Assembly (NCBI GenBank): GCA_043821585.1
Contig: JBDRCQ010000002.1
Span: 133,969-197,968 of the forward strand
Length of the DNA stretch: 64,000 nt
Direction: 5' to 3'
Source: an archaeon
GTDB taxonomy: Archaea > Nanobdellota > Nanobdellia > Pacearchaeales > GW2011-AR1
Position 1 is the first letter of the stretch. Each line of letters starts with the position of its first letter. The position numbers and the translations under genes were made by a program. Below the pieces are notes generated by a model. That model worked only from the letters and a program-made list of their open reading frames with translations. It was not told where the DNA came from and made no database searches. Below, in pieces: positions 53,257 to 61,366 of this stretch.

Positions 53257-54381
53257 ATGCATTACCACATAATTTTGACGGAGCTGTGCAATTCGAAGTG
53301 CAGGTATTGTTATGGGAAGAGCATGTGCGAGGAGAATGATCTGAACAAGAGGTTTAAGTTTGACTTTGATGCGCCGCAGGTTTCTGAGGTTACTACGGAA
53401 AAGATTAGGGAGTTTCTATTGAAGGATAAGGGGCCGACGTTGGTGTTTTACGGCGGGGAGCCGTTGTTGCAGATGGATCGTATTAAGGAATTGATCGATT
53501 CTTTGTCTGACGTGCCCAATATTCAGTTTAGGGTGCAGACGAATGGGAAACTGCTTGATGGGTTTGATATAAACTATTTGAAAAAAATTGGGAAGATTCT
53601 TGTTTCGATTGATGGGACGAAGGAGCGGACCGATTTTAATAAAGGGAAGGGGACTTATGACAGGGTTGTGGGGAATTTGCGCCGGGTTCGGGAATTAGGT
53701 TACGATGGGGAGATTGTTGCACGGATGTGTGTTTCTGAGTTTGGGGATGTTTATGAGCAAGTGATGCATCTTAAGAGTTTAATTGATGAAGGACTTTTTG
53801 ATTCGATACATTGGCAGTTGGATGTTGGGTTTTATTCTTGTGATTATGATTTTGATAGGGTTAGCAAGTTCGTTGAGGAGTATAATGCCTCGATAGATAA
53901 GCTGGTTGAGTGGTGGGTTGGGGAGATGGAAAAAGGCAAGGTTTGGAAGTTGTATCCGTTTGTGGGGCTGGTTGAGAATTTGCTTTCTGGGAAGAAGACG
54001 AAGTTGATGTGTGGAGCAGGGCATTCGGGATATACGATAACGACTGATGGCAATTTGGTGGCGTGTCCGATAATGGGTTGTATGCCTGATTTTTATTGCG
54101 GGACACTTGATTCTGCTCCGAGTGGGTTGCGGGAGATTGGACCAGCTTCGCGGTGCGAGGGGTGTGCTTATTTGAAGGATTGCGGAGGGCGGTGTTTGTA
54201 TGTGAATAGCGTGAATTTGTGGCCGGCGGAGGGGTTGGATATGGTTTGTTCTTCGGTTAAACATTTGATTGATTTATTGAAAGGGAAGTTGGAGGAGATC
54301 AAGGGTTTTATTGACTCGGGCAAGGTTAGCGAGAAGGACTTTGGGTATGAAAAGTATTTTGGGCCGGAGATTATTCCTTAG
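53257..54381 (+). CDS. radical SAM enzyme with C-terminal SPASM-type auxiliary cluster domain (peptide/protein-modifying maturase-like)
   Basis: CNSKCRYC (CxxxCxxC) lies at about 53287-53310. The C-terminal Cys motifs are CGAG…ACP and CEGCAYLKDCGGRC. ATG 53257 lies within the track ORF. Confidence 0.8.
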   Translation: MHYHIILTELCNSKCRYCYGKSMCEENDLNKRFKFDFDAPQVSEVTTEKIREFLLKDKGPTLVFYGGEPLLQMDRIKELIDSLSDVPNIQFRVQTNGKLLDGFDINYLKKIGKILVSIDGTKERTDFNKGKGTYDRVVGNLRRVRELGYDGEIVARMCVSEFGDVYEQVMHLKSLIDEGLFDSIHWQLDVGFYSCDYDFDRVSKFVEEYNASIDKLVEWWVGEMEKGKVWKLYPFVGLVENLLSGKKTKLMCGAGHSGYTITTDGNLVACPIMGCMPDFYCGTLDSAPSGLREIGPASRCEGCAYLKDCGGRCLYVNSVNLWPAEGLDMVCSSVKHLIDLLKGKLEEIKGFIDSGKVSEKDFGYEKYFGPEIIP

Positions 54382-55900
54382 CCTCGTTAAATGCTTTGAC
54401 GTTTTTCTTGAGTTTTTTAAACTCTCTAACAAATTCTTCTTCTGTTGGGGCGTTTCTTCCATCTCTTGAAATAACTCTGTTGTATATATCATGAATGTTT
54501 GAGCAGTAAATTAACGAAGTTCCGGCGTACCTGCTGTTTGCGATTATTTCTTTTCTCTTTTCCGTGTAGGCTCTTGCGATTAGGTACCTTACTTTACGCG
54601 CGAATTCTTTGGCTCGCTTTAGACCATCTCTTTCTTCTATCTTGCCCAATATTGCTTTGTACTTTTCGTATTCTTTGTGTGTCCTGAAATCTCCATTTGA
54701 TCCCTTTTTACTGCAGTATGGTTTTGGAGGGTGGTATTCTATAAACTCTCCATTAATCATAAAGTCAATACCTCCACAATTTAATCCACCATCTCTTATT
54801 TGCCAGGTCTTTCCTTGTTCTAATCCCCATTCTGGGATGTATCGCTCGAATAATGTTGCTATTGCTGCCTCTTCTTGGGAATGGAATTTGTTTCCTAGCC
54901 AGCATATCCTTTGGCTTTCTCTTGCAAGTTTGTTTCCACTTCTTTTTCCAACTGCAGACATCTTTTTTCTATGCGTTGGATCTTGCCACAACTTTCTTGC
55001 CCAATCACTTGTCTGCTTTTTTCTCCTTTCTCGGTATTCCTGATTGGCCCAAAGTCGTTTACTTTTTTCACTCATTAGTTTAACCATTTTATCCCGGTTT
55101 TTCCCTTTTGCCCACATTTCTCTTGATCTTTTGGACAGTATCTTTGCATGTTTTTCTCTAGCACCTTCGTCTTGCCATCTTTTTCTTACGCCTTGATCTT
55201 GTACGGCAGTGTATTCGGGGTCTTGCCATAATCTTTTGGATAGTTGGCTTTGGAGAATTTTTATGCGATACGTCCTTTCGTCCTCCGGCAGATTTTTTGT
55301 TAGAACTCTCCTAACCTTTAGGGCAGCAGTGTTTAATTCATCTGCTAGTTCTTTGGTTGTTCTTAATTGGTTAATTTTGCCAGTTTGATGGGCCCTGATT
55401 TCATTCAATGCGGCTGCAACAATCTCTTCTTTGATCTCTCGGGCTAGAAGATCCTTTGTTGTTTGGATCTTTGATTTTTTTGGTTGATTAGGTCTTACCT
55501 TTGTTTGACCAAGCACTGTTTTTCGCCCACCTTTTTTTGCTTTTTCCTTACATCTTAAAGTTCGGAGTGCTTCAGTTCTTTCTCTGGCGGAGATTCCCAC
55601 TTTTTTCATTAATTTATTTACTGCCGATCTGGATATGCCGAAATCCTTTGCTAAATCTCTTTGACTTCTCCCTTGAGAATGATACTGGAGCTGGATGTAA
55701 TTCGTCAAGCCTCCGAATTCTTCCTTGTAACCTTGTTTTTCTTCCAGGTCTAACCAAAAAGTATACCAAGAAGGCCGGGATGATTCTAGCTGTAGTTGTT
55801 CAAGAGGTTTTATTTGTGGCGTGTTTTGATCTTTTGAGACTATTTCCACTAAGTTTTCAGTTTCTTTATCTGTTCTTATTAGCGGGGGAATCTTTTCCAT
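54371..55900 (-). CDS. HTH- and repeat-containing protein with C-terminal PD-(D/E)xK/DUF559-like segment (possible selfish-element nuclease)
   Basis: The HTH is RSQRDLAKDFGISRSAVNKLMKKVG. There are about 4 repeats of the S(K/E)(R/K)..(R/K)(L/M)W(Q/A).(P/Q)EY(R/T) type. GIDFMINGEFIEYHP resembles the DUF559 core. Confidence 0.4.
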   Translation of the reverse strand: MEKIPPLIRTDKETENLVEIVSKDQNTPQIKPLEQLQLESSRPSWYTFWLDLEEKQGYKEEFGGLTNYIQLQYHSQGRSQRDLAKDFGISRSAVNKLMKKVGISARERTEALRTLRCKEKAKKGGRKTVLGQTKVRPNQPKKSKIQTTKDLLAREIKEEIVAAALNEIRAHQTGKINQLRTTKELADELNTAALKVRRVLTKNLPEDERTYRIKILQSQLSKRLWQDPEYTAVQDQGVRKRWQDEGAREKHAKILSKRSREMWAKGKNRDKMVKLMSEKSKRLWANQEYRERRKKQTSDWARKLWQDPTHRKKMSAVGKRSGNKLARESQRICWLGNKFHSQEEAAIATLFERYIPEWGLEQGKTWQIRDGGLNCGGIDFMINGEFIEYHPPKPYCSKKGSNGDFRTHKEYEKYKAILGKIEERDGLKRAKEFARKVRYLIARAYTEKRKEIIANSRYAGTSLIYCSNIHDIYNRVISRDGRNAPTEEEFVREFKKLKKNVKAFNEAKE

Positions 55901-55994
55901 AATGCCCCCTAAAAAAGAGACTATATCAAACTATTTCGAAAAAATGTGAAGAATAGTTAATTTTAAATAGATCTTATACTATTTGTTAAGTAAT

Positions 55995-56943
55995 ATGAGA
56001 TTTTTAATTAAAGAATCTGAAGCAAGGAAGAAAGAAGTTAAATTGAATGTTAAAGATAGGAAGTTGATTCAACTACTTGTTCAGAATTCCCGTATGGGGG
56101 TATCTGAATTGGCAAAAAGACTTCAAATTTCTAAATCTGCAATTACGCAGAAGATCCGGGCGTTGCAGGAGAAGGGGGTATTGATGGCGCCAGTTACTTA
56201 TGTTTCTGTCAAGGTTGAAGAAAAACCCTTCTATTTTCTTCAGATTGCGACTGGCTTAGGCCAAGATACGGAATTAACTTCTCAGGACTTGCTCTCGATC
56301 GAAGGTGTTTCTGCAATACTCTGGTATAACGGATCTTATAATCTTCTTCTGGGAGTTTTTCACGAAGACATTCACCAAGCAATCCAGGAAGTTGGAAATT
56401 ATTTAACAATCAAGAAGCTGCGCATCATGCGCGTTACAGATAATTGGTTTCATTCTCCGCATTTGTTTGAAGAGGTAGCTGATAAGGGGGCAACTTTTTT
56501 GCGGACTAACCCAAAGATTCTTAGTTCAGATAGAAAAATTCTTAACACTTTATTTGAAAATCCTCGTGCAACCTTGCTTGAGATCGCAGAAAAAACACGT
56601 AGTGCACCGATAACTATAAAGAAACGGATGGAAGAAATGAAAAAATCAGGAGCTATAATTCAATTTAGCAATTATGTAAATCCATGGTTATGTGGGAAAG
56701 ATATTGTATCAGTTCATTTTTCCGTTCTTGGCAGAGAGAACATTGATAAGGTAATAAAAAAAACTTCTATCCTTGCCTCAAACAGGGAATGTATGGGAGC
56801 TTGATCATGAGTGGAATCTGAATGTTGTTTTTTGGGTTGACAATCAGATTGAGGTTGGCAAGATTCTTGAAGACTTAAGCAAGAATTATACAGGAATTTT
56901 AGATATGGACGTTATGGTTATGGTAAAAATGGTCGGACGTTAG
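55995..56943 (+). CDS. Lrp/AsnC-family regulator with two HTH units (paralog of 42712-43665), frame-disrupted at an A8 run
   Basis: It begins VKDRKLIQLLVQNSRMGVSELAKRLQISKSAITQKIRALQEKGVLM. The frame breaks at A8 56756-56763. The +1 frame continues LLSLPQTGNVWELDHEWNLNVVFWVDN… to TAG 56941-56943, matching the paralog's C-terminal pattern. Confidence 0.7.
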
Positions 56944-56959
56944 TATTTTGGGCAGGAGA

Positions 56960-57706
56960 TTATTCCTTAGCGATTTTCCAGAAGAATTCGAATTGTTTTA
57001 TGAAGCTTTTTGCAACCTCTTCATTTTCTATTGTGATGAACACGAGTTCTGCTGAAAATATGCCGATGATTGTGAGGTTTCCGATTATGTTTATTGAAAC
57101 TGGTGAAATGTAGGGTATGTATCGTACTTTTGCGTTTTTTTCAGCAGGGACTTTATCTTTCTTTGATTCTTCAGAGTGCAGCTTTAAAACTTTGTATCTT
57201 CTCTTTTCCCTCTTCTGTTGGTGGCTTGTGGTAAAGAAATTCCAAATTGTTTTATCGTAGTATTGTGGTGACGCAATGCCGAATACGTAGAGGGTTTCAT
57301 TTTTGCCGAATTCAAGTTCTTTTGCAAATGCTGTTTTCATGCCCTTTAGCCCGGTAAATATTTCAATTGCTAATTTGCTTTTCTTTAGGTTTACTTTTTC
57401 AAGTAACTGGGGGAGTATCTTTTGGTAGTTCGTTTCTTGGTTGGTTATTATAGACTTTTTTTCTTCTAGGTAACTTATGACTCTTTTTGGATTTGCTGGT
57501 GAAAAGCATAGGACTCCCGCTTTCTTTATTTCTGAGACGAGTCCTTTCTTTTTTAGAGAATCGAGTATTTCATAGATTTTCCCTGAATTGATCCCTGAGT
57601 GTCTTAGGATTTCTCCTGTTTTTGTTTCTCCTAGTTCGAGTAGCGAGAGGTAGACTCTTATTTCATTTTTTGTCAGGCCGATTTCTTCTAACACGCTTTC
57701 TATCAT
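56960..57706 (-). CDS. TrmB-family transcriptional regulator
   Basis: The N-terminus LEEIGLTKNEIRVYLSLLELGETKTGEILRHSGINSGKIYEILDSLKKKGLV is typical of TrmB. Confidence 0.75.
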   Translation of the reverse strand: MIESVLEEIGLTKNEIRVYLSLLELGETKTGEILRHSGINSGKIYEILDSLKKKGLVSEIKKAGVLCFSPANPKRVISYLEEKKSIITNQETNYQKILPQLLEKVNLKKSKLAIEIFTGLKGMKTAFAKELEFGKNETLYVFGIASPQYYDKTIWNFFTTSHQQKREKRRYKVLKLHSEESKKDKVPAEKNAKVRYIPYISPVSINIIGNLTIIGIFSAELVFITIENEEVAKSFIKQFEFFWKIAKE

Positions 57707-57794
57707 ACTTGTTGTAAGTCTTGGTGCTTTATAAGTTTTACTCTACACCAGGTGGGGGATTATCTTTATGTATGCCTTTTTGAGTTTTTCTTAG

Positions 57795-58910
57795 ATGGAT
57801 AATGTAGTTTCAAGACAGAGAAAGAAAACAGGCTTCGTTCTTTTGATAGCGTTAGCCCTGTTGGTTTTGGCGCTGTCTCTTGTTAATTTTACAGGGTTTG
57901 CTATTCTTGGTAATGCTCAGGCTGATACGATAACTATTGGTGCGACGTTTCCTTTAACGGGAGAGTTGTCAGTATATGGCGAGGCGTATAAGAATGGTGC
58001 GATTCTGGCTCAGGAAGAGATCAATCGTAATGGTGGAATTGATGGGAAGAAATTAAAGATTAGTTTTCAGGATAACAAAGGGGACGCAAAGACTGCTGTT
58101 GGCGACGTTATGTACCTAATTAATGTCGAACGAGTTCCGATCATTCTTAATTCTATGGAGTACCTCACTCTTGCTTCGAAGGATATTGCTGAGAAGAACA
58201 AGGTGATCATGTTGACGTTTACGACTTACTTGCTCTCTGAGAAAGATGACCCTCGTTATTTGTATAAAGATTCTTGGGATTTTGGGATTATTGGAAGAGG
58301 CTTTGGTGAAGCAGCTAATGGGATTGGATCTAAGAGATTAGCAGTCGTTAGGCTTAAAGACTCATCTTATTCTGATCTTCAGTCCAGCTTTTTTGGAGTG
58401 TATAACGGAATAGTTGTTATTGATGAAACTTATAATTTTGGTGAGAAAGACTTTCGAACTATTCTCGCGAAAATTAAAAATGAAGATGTTGACACAATTT
58501 TGGTTTACTCTTATCCGGTTGATGTTGGCTTGATTTTGAAACAGATGGCTGAATTGGATATGAGGAGTTACAATTTGATTACAGCCGAGGGAACTGAGCA
58601 GTATGCTATGTCGAGAAATCTTGACTTGCTTCAGTCAACTCATGCTATATCTTATATGGGCTCTGAGTTGCAAGGTCCTGATTGGTTTGTTCGTGAATAT
58701 AAAGAACGATTTGGGGCGGATCCGCGGCCAGACAGTTATTATGCGTACGATTCTGTCACAATGTTTGGTAGGGCCATGGGTGCTTGTGGGGATGACGTTG
58801 ATTGTATAAGAAAAGAAATTTCAGTTAATTTTGACGAGTTTCATAACCGAGAAAGGGTATTGCCTATTGTTCGGTATGATGGGGGGTGGTACGAGATAGA
58901 TGTTTCATAA
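57795..58910 (+). CDS. ABC-transporter substrate-binding protein (LivK/branched-chain amino-acid type)
   Basis: A signal anchor is followed by ITIGATFPLTGELSVYGEAYKNGAILAQEEINRNGGIDGKKLKISFQDNKGDA. Confidence 0.8.
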   Translation: MDNVVSRQRKKTGFVLLIALALLVLALSLVNFTGFAILGNAQADTITIGATFPLTGELSVYGEAYKNGAILAQEEINRNGGIDGKKLKISFQDNKGDAKTAVGDVMYLINVERVPIILNSMEYLTLASKDIAEKNKVIMLTFTTYLLSEKDDPRYLYKDSWDFGIIGRGFGEAANGIGSKRLAVVRLKDSSYSDLQSSFFGVYNGIVVIDETYNFGEKDFRTILAKIKNEDVDTILVYSYPVDVGLILKQMAELDMRSYNLITAEGTEQYAMSRNLDLLQSTHAISYMGSELQGPDWFVREYKERFGADPRPDSYYAYDSVTMFGRAMGACGDDVDCIRKEISVNFDEFHNRERVLPIVRYDGGWYEIDVS

Positions 58911-58911
58911 C

Positions 58912-59547
58912 TTAATATTTCAATACAAAATCTTTTTCTTCTCTGGAGCCGTATTTATCATGGGCTGCGTCTATTATCTGGAGGACTTCTTTCAACGAGT
59001 TGGCATGAAAGAGTAGTTTGAAGTCGCGTTTGTCGAAGTAGCCTCTGCTTAGGGGCTGGTCTTTGAGCCATTCAAGGAGACCCTCCCATTGCTTGCCCAT
59101 TAAGATTATGGGGATGCGGTTGATGTGCTTGACTTGAAGGACTTGCCAGGTGTAGAATAGTTCTAGGAGGGTGCCGACGCCGCCGTGAGCGACTACGACT
59201 GCGTTGCTTAAGAGCATGAAGTTGTCTAAGCGGTTAGAGAATCTTTTGAATAGTTTTTCAACTTGGACACCCTTGTTTGTTTTTTGTTCGTGTGGGAGTA
59301 CAATGTTTAGGCCGAATGAAACTGCTTTGGTTTCTTTTGAACCTTCATTGTGGCCGAGGTTTGCAGCAGCCATTATTCCCGGGCCGCCTCCGGTGACTAC
59401 GTCGATGCCGCGTTCGCCGAGCCTTTTTGCCAGTTCGTGAACTTGTTTGTATGTCTGGCCGTTTCTTTTTATTCTAGACGAGCCGAATATGCTAACTCTG
59501 AAACGTTTCCTTTTGAGTTCTTCTTCGAAATTGCCTCTTTTTTTCAT
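58912..59547 (-). CDS. LOG-family protein (TIGR00730 / cytokinin riboside 5'-monophosphate phosphoribohydrolase-like)
   Basis: It has GGGPGIMAAAN and HGGVGTLLELF (the PGGxGTxxE type). Confidence 0.85.
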   Translation of the reverse strand: MKKRGNFEEELKRKRFRVSIFGSSRIKRNGQTYKQVHELAKRLGERGIDVVTGGGPGIMAAANLGHNEGSKETKAVSFGLNIVLPHEQKTNKGVQVEKLFKRFSNRLDNFMLLSNAVVVAHGGVGTLLELFYTWQVLQVKHINRIPIILMGKQWEGLLEWLKDQPLSRGYFDKRDFKLLFHANSLKEVLQIIDAAHDKYGSREEKDFVLKY

Positions 59548-59631
59548 GAACGAATAAAGCGAGGGGGGTTTTTAATTGTTGTTGGCTGCCCCCATAAAAT
59601 TATCATGCTCCCAACTCGCCGGACCGAAGGG
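59548..59631 (-). repeat. GC-rich element (family member E3) in the leader of the LOG gene
   Basis: TCCCAACTCG lies at 59609-59618. In the minus sense it reads CCCTTCGGTCCGGCGAGTTGGGAGC, with a stem GGGGG…CCCCC. Confidence 0.45.
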
Positions 59632-59838
59632 TTATTGGTTTTTCATTTTTTTGAATAATTTGTAGAAAATTGCGGAGAGCCCTGTTAGTCCGATTAAGAA
59701 GGTTAGGAAGTTGCTTCCTCTTGGTTCACCATCGATCCACCGATACATTGCATTAACAAACAGGTTTCCGAAGACACCTCCTGCTAAGCCGAATGCGGCT
59801 CCTGTGTAAAACTGTTTTTCTAACCTTTTGCTTTTCAT
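59632..59838 (-). CDS. small two-TM membrane protein (68 aa)
   Basis: ATG ORF with hydrophobic helices. Confidence 0.45.
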   Translation of the reverse strand: MKSKRLEKQFYTGAAFGLAGGVFGNLFVNAMYRWIDGEPRGSNFLTFLIGLTGLSAIFYKLFKKMKNQ

Positions 59839-59840
59839 AT

Positions 59841-60473
59841 CTAAACTTTGGCAATCTCTTTTAGCAATTTTTCAGCGGTTCGTGGATGGGCTCTTGCGAT
59901 TGCGCTGGCTATGAGAACTCCGTGGCAGCCAAGGTTCTTCGCTGTGGCCACATCTTTCGCCGAGGAGATTCCTGCTCCGCAGAGTGGCGCGATTGATGAG
60001 CCGTTGAATAGTTGGGCGAATTTTTTAACTTCATCTTGTCTGTATTCTGTGATTGATTTTCCTGTGCCGATTAGCTTTTTGTCTTCGAAGGCGATTGCTT
60101 CTGGTTTTAATTGGGCTAGTTTTTTTGCTTCCTTTATTGATGGGGCGCAAAGGACGACTCGGAGGCCGGCTTTGTGGGCTCTTGGGACTGCTTGCTTTAG
60201 GATTTTGAATGACAATGGATGCTCTGAATGGTTTAGTAATGTGCCAAGTGCTCCGACCGCACGAGTTGTTTCAGGTAATAAAAATCCTGTTGCGCGGCCG
60301 CCTTCTGCATCAATGTGTTGGGCGAAAACGTGGAGTTTTGTTTTTTCATGGACTTCTTCGATGTCCACTGCAGGGACTGCTACAATCGCCTGCGGGAGGT
60401 ATTTTTCTATCAATTTAGCTAGCTTTAGAGTTTTGGGCCCAGATGTGTAGTTCTTGAAGTTTATGATTATCAT
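59841..60473 (-). CDS. tpiA: triosephosphate isomerase (archaeal type)
   Basis: It has MIIINFKNY, LLNHSEH and GAGISS. The true start is ATG 60473. The track extension to 60560 reads through the GC-rich leader. Confidence 0.9.
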   Translation of the reverse strand: MIIINFKNYTSGPKTLKLAKLIEKYLPQAIVAVPAVDIEEVHEKTKLHVFAQHIDAEGGRATGFLLPETTRAVGALGTLLNHSEHPLSFKILKQAVPRAHKAGLRVVLCAPSIKEAKKLAQLKPEAIAFEDKKLIGTGKSITEYRQDEVKKFAQLFNGSSIAPLCGAGISSAKDVATAKNLGCHGVLIASAIARAHPRTAEKLLKEIAKV

Positions 60474-60570
60474 CTTTTGGATTTTAGCAGGTTTACGATT
60501 CCCTCTTGCTGCGACTGTCATCGCGACCCACCCTGGCCGCCCAAATCCATTCCGCCCCAAATTATTGGTA
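60474..60570 (-). repeat. GC-rich leader element upstream of tpiA (family member E4)
   Basis: TCCCTCTTGCTG at 60500-60511 is identical to 28105-28116 in the pgk insertion. CCCACCCTG at 60527-60535 is shared with E1. Four G-tracts occur in the minus sense (60527-60558). Confidence 0.5.
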
Positions 60571-60625
60571 AACCTACAATGCCTCTTTTGGATAAATATT
60601 TAAACGAGGTTAAATTATTAAAGTT

Positions 60626-61312
60626 ATGCCTAGCGCACAGAGAAAACCGGGGGATGAGGAGCAGAGACCTAATTTGAGGATTGTTCGACAAGGCGATTCT
60701 AGAGAGGTTGCTCCGAAAGAGGTTAAAGGAAGGAAAGAAGTTGTAAAATTGGATAAAGACTATGCTGCTGTGGCAGGAAGGGTTTTGAACTCTGTGGAGG
60801 GTGATGAATCGCGGCAGTATGTTGGAAATGTTTTGGGTACAGAAGACGCGCAAACAATGTACCATGATATGCGCAAGGCAGGGATGTCAAATGGGCAGGC
60901 GACTATTTACCTTAAGCATGCATTGGGAGATCTTGGACAGGGACACGGTATCTCGTTTAAGGCCTATGCGCGGGCGGTTGCGGAGGATATAGCTAAAACT
61001 GGCGATTATGTGGAGGCGCTTGATGCTATGCGGGATGATGGGTTGATCTCAGAGGCAGATCATCGAAAGTATGTGGTTAAACTCAAGGATCGGGCGGTGG
61101 ATCGGCAGGCGGGCGTTTCAGGGATGTTGGAGAAGGTTGTTGAAAAGGATGCTGCTGTGTGGTTATTTATGGCAATCGGCGCGGTGTTAATTTTGGTTTC
61201 AGGGTTTACGATGACAGGGGCAGTTGTTGGTTCCACATTTGACATTAGCTCTTTGTTTGTGGTAGGTCTTGTGCTTTTTGTTGGTGGGATTATTTTGAAG
61301 TTTAGAAAGTGA
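60626..61312 (+). CDS. hypothetical protein with C-terminal TM helices (SGFTMTGAVVG motif)
   Basis: 228-aa ATG ORF with TATTTAAAC about 30 nt upstream. It is more GC-rich than its neighbours. Confidence 0.5.
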   Translation: MPSAQRKPGDEEQRPNLRIVRQGDSREVAPKEVKGRKEVVKLDKDYAAVAGRVLNSVEGDESRQYVGNVLGTEDAQTMYHDMRKAGMSNGQATIYLKHALGDLGQGHGISFKAYARAVAEDIAKTGDYVEALDAMRDDGLISEADHRKYVVKLKDRAVDRQAGVSGMLEKVVEKDAAVWLFMAIGAVLILVSGFTMTGAVVGSTFDISSLFVVGLVLFVGGIILKFRK

Positions 61313-61366
61313 GTAACGTTGTTATTGGTAATTCATAATGTTTAAAATGCTTCTTTGATACATTGC

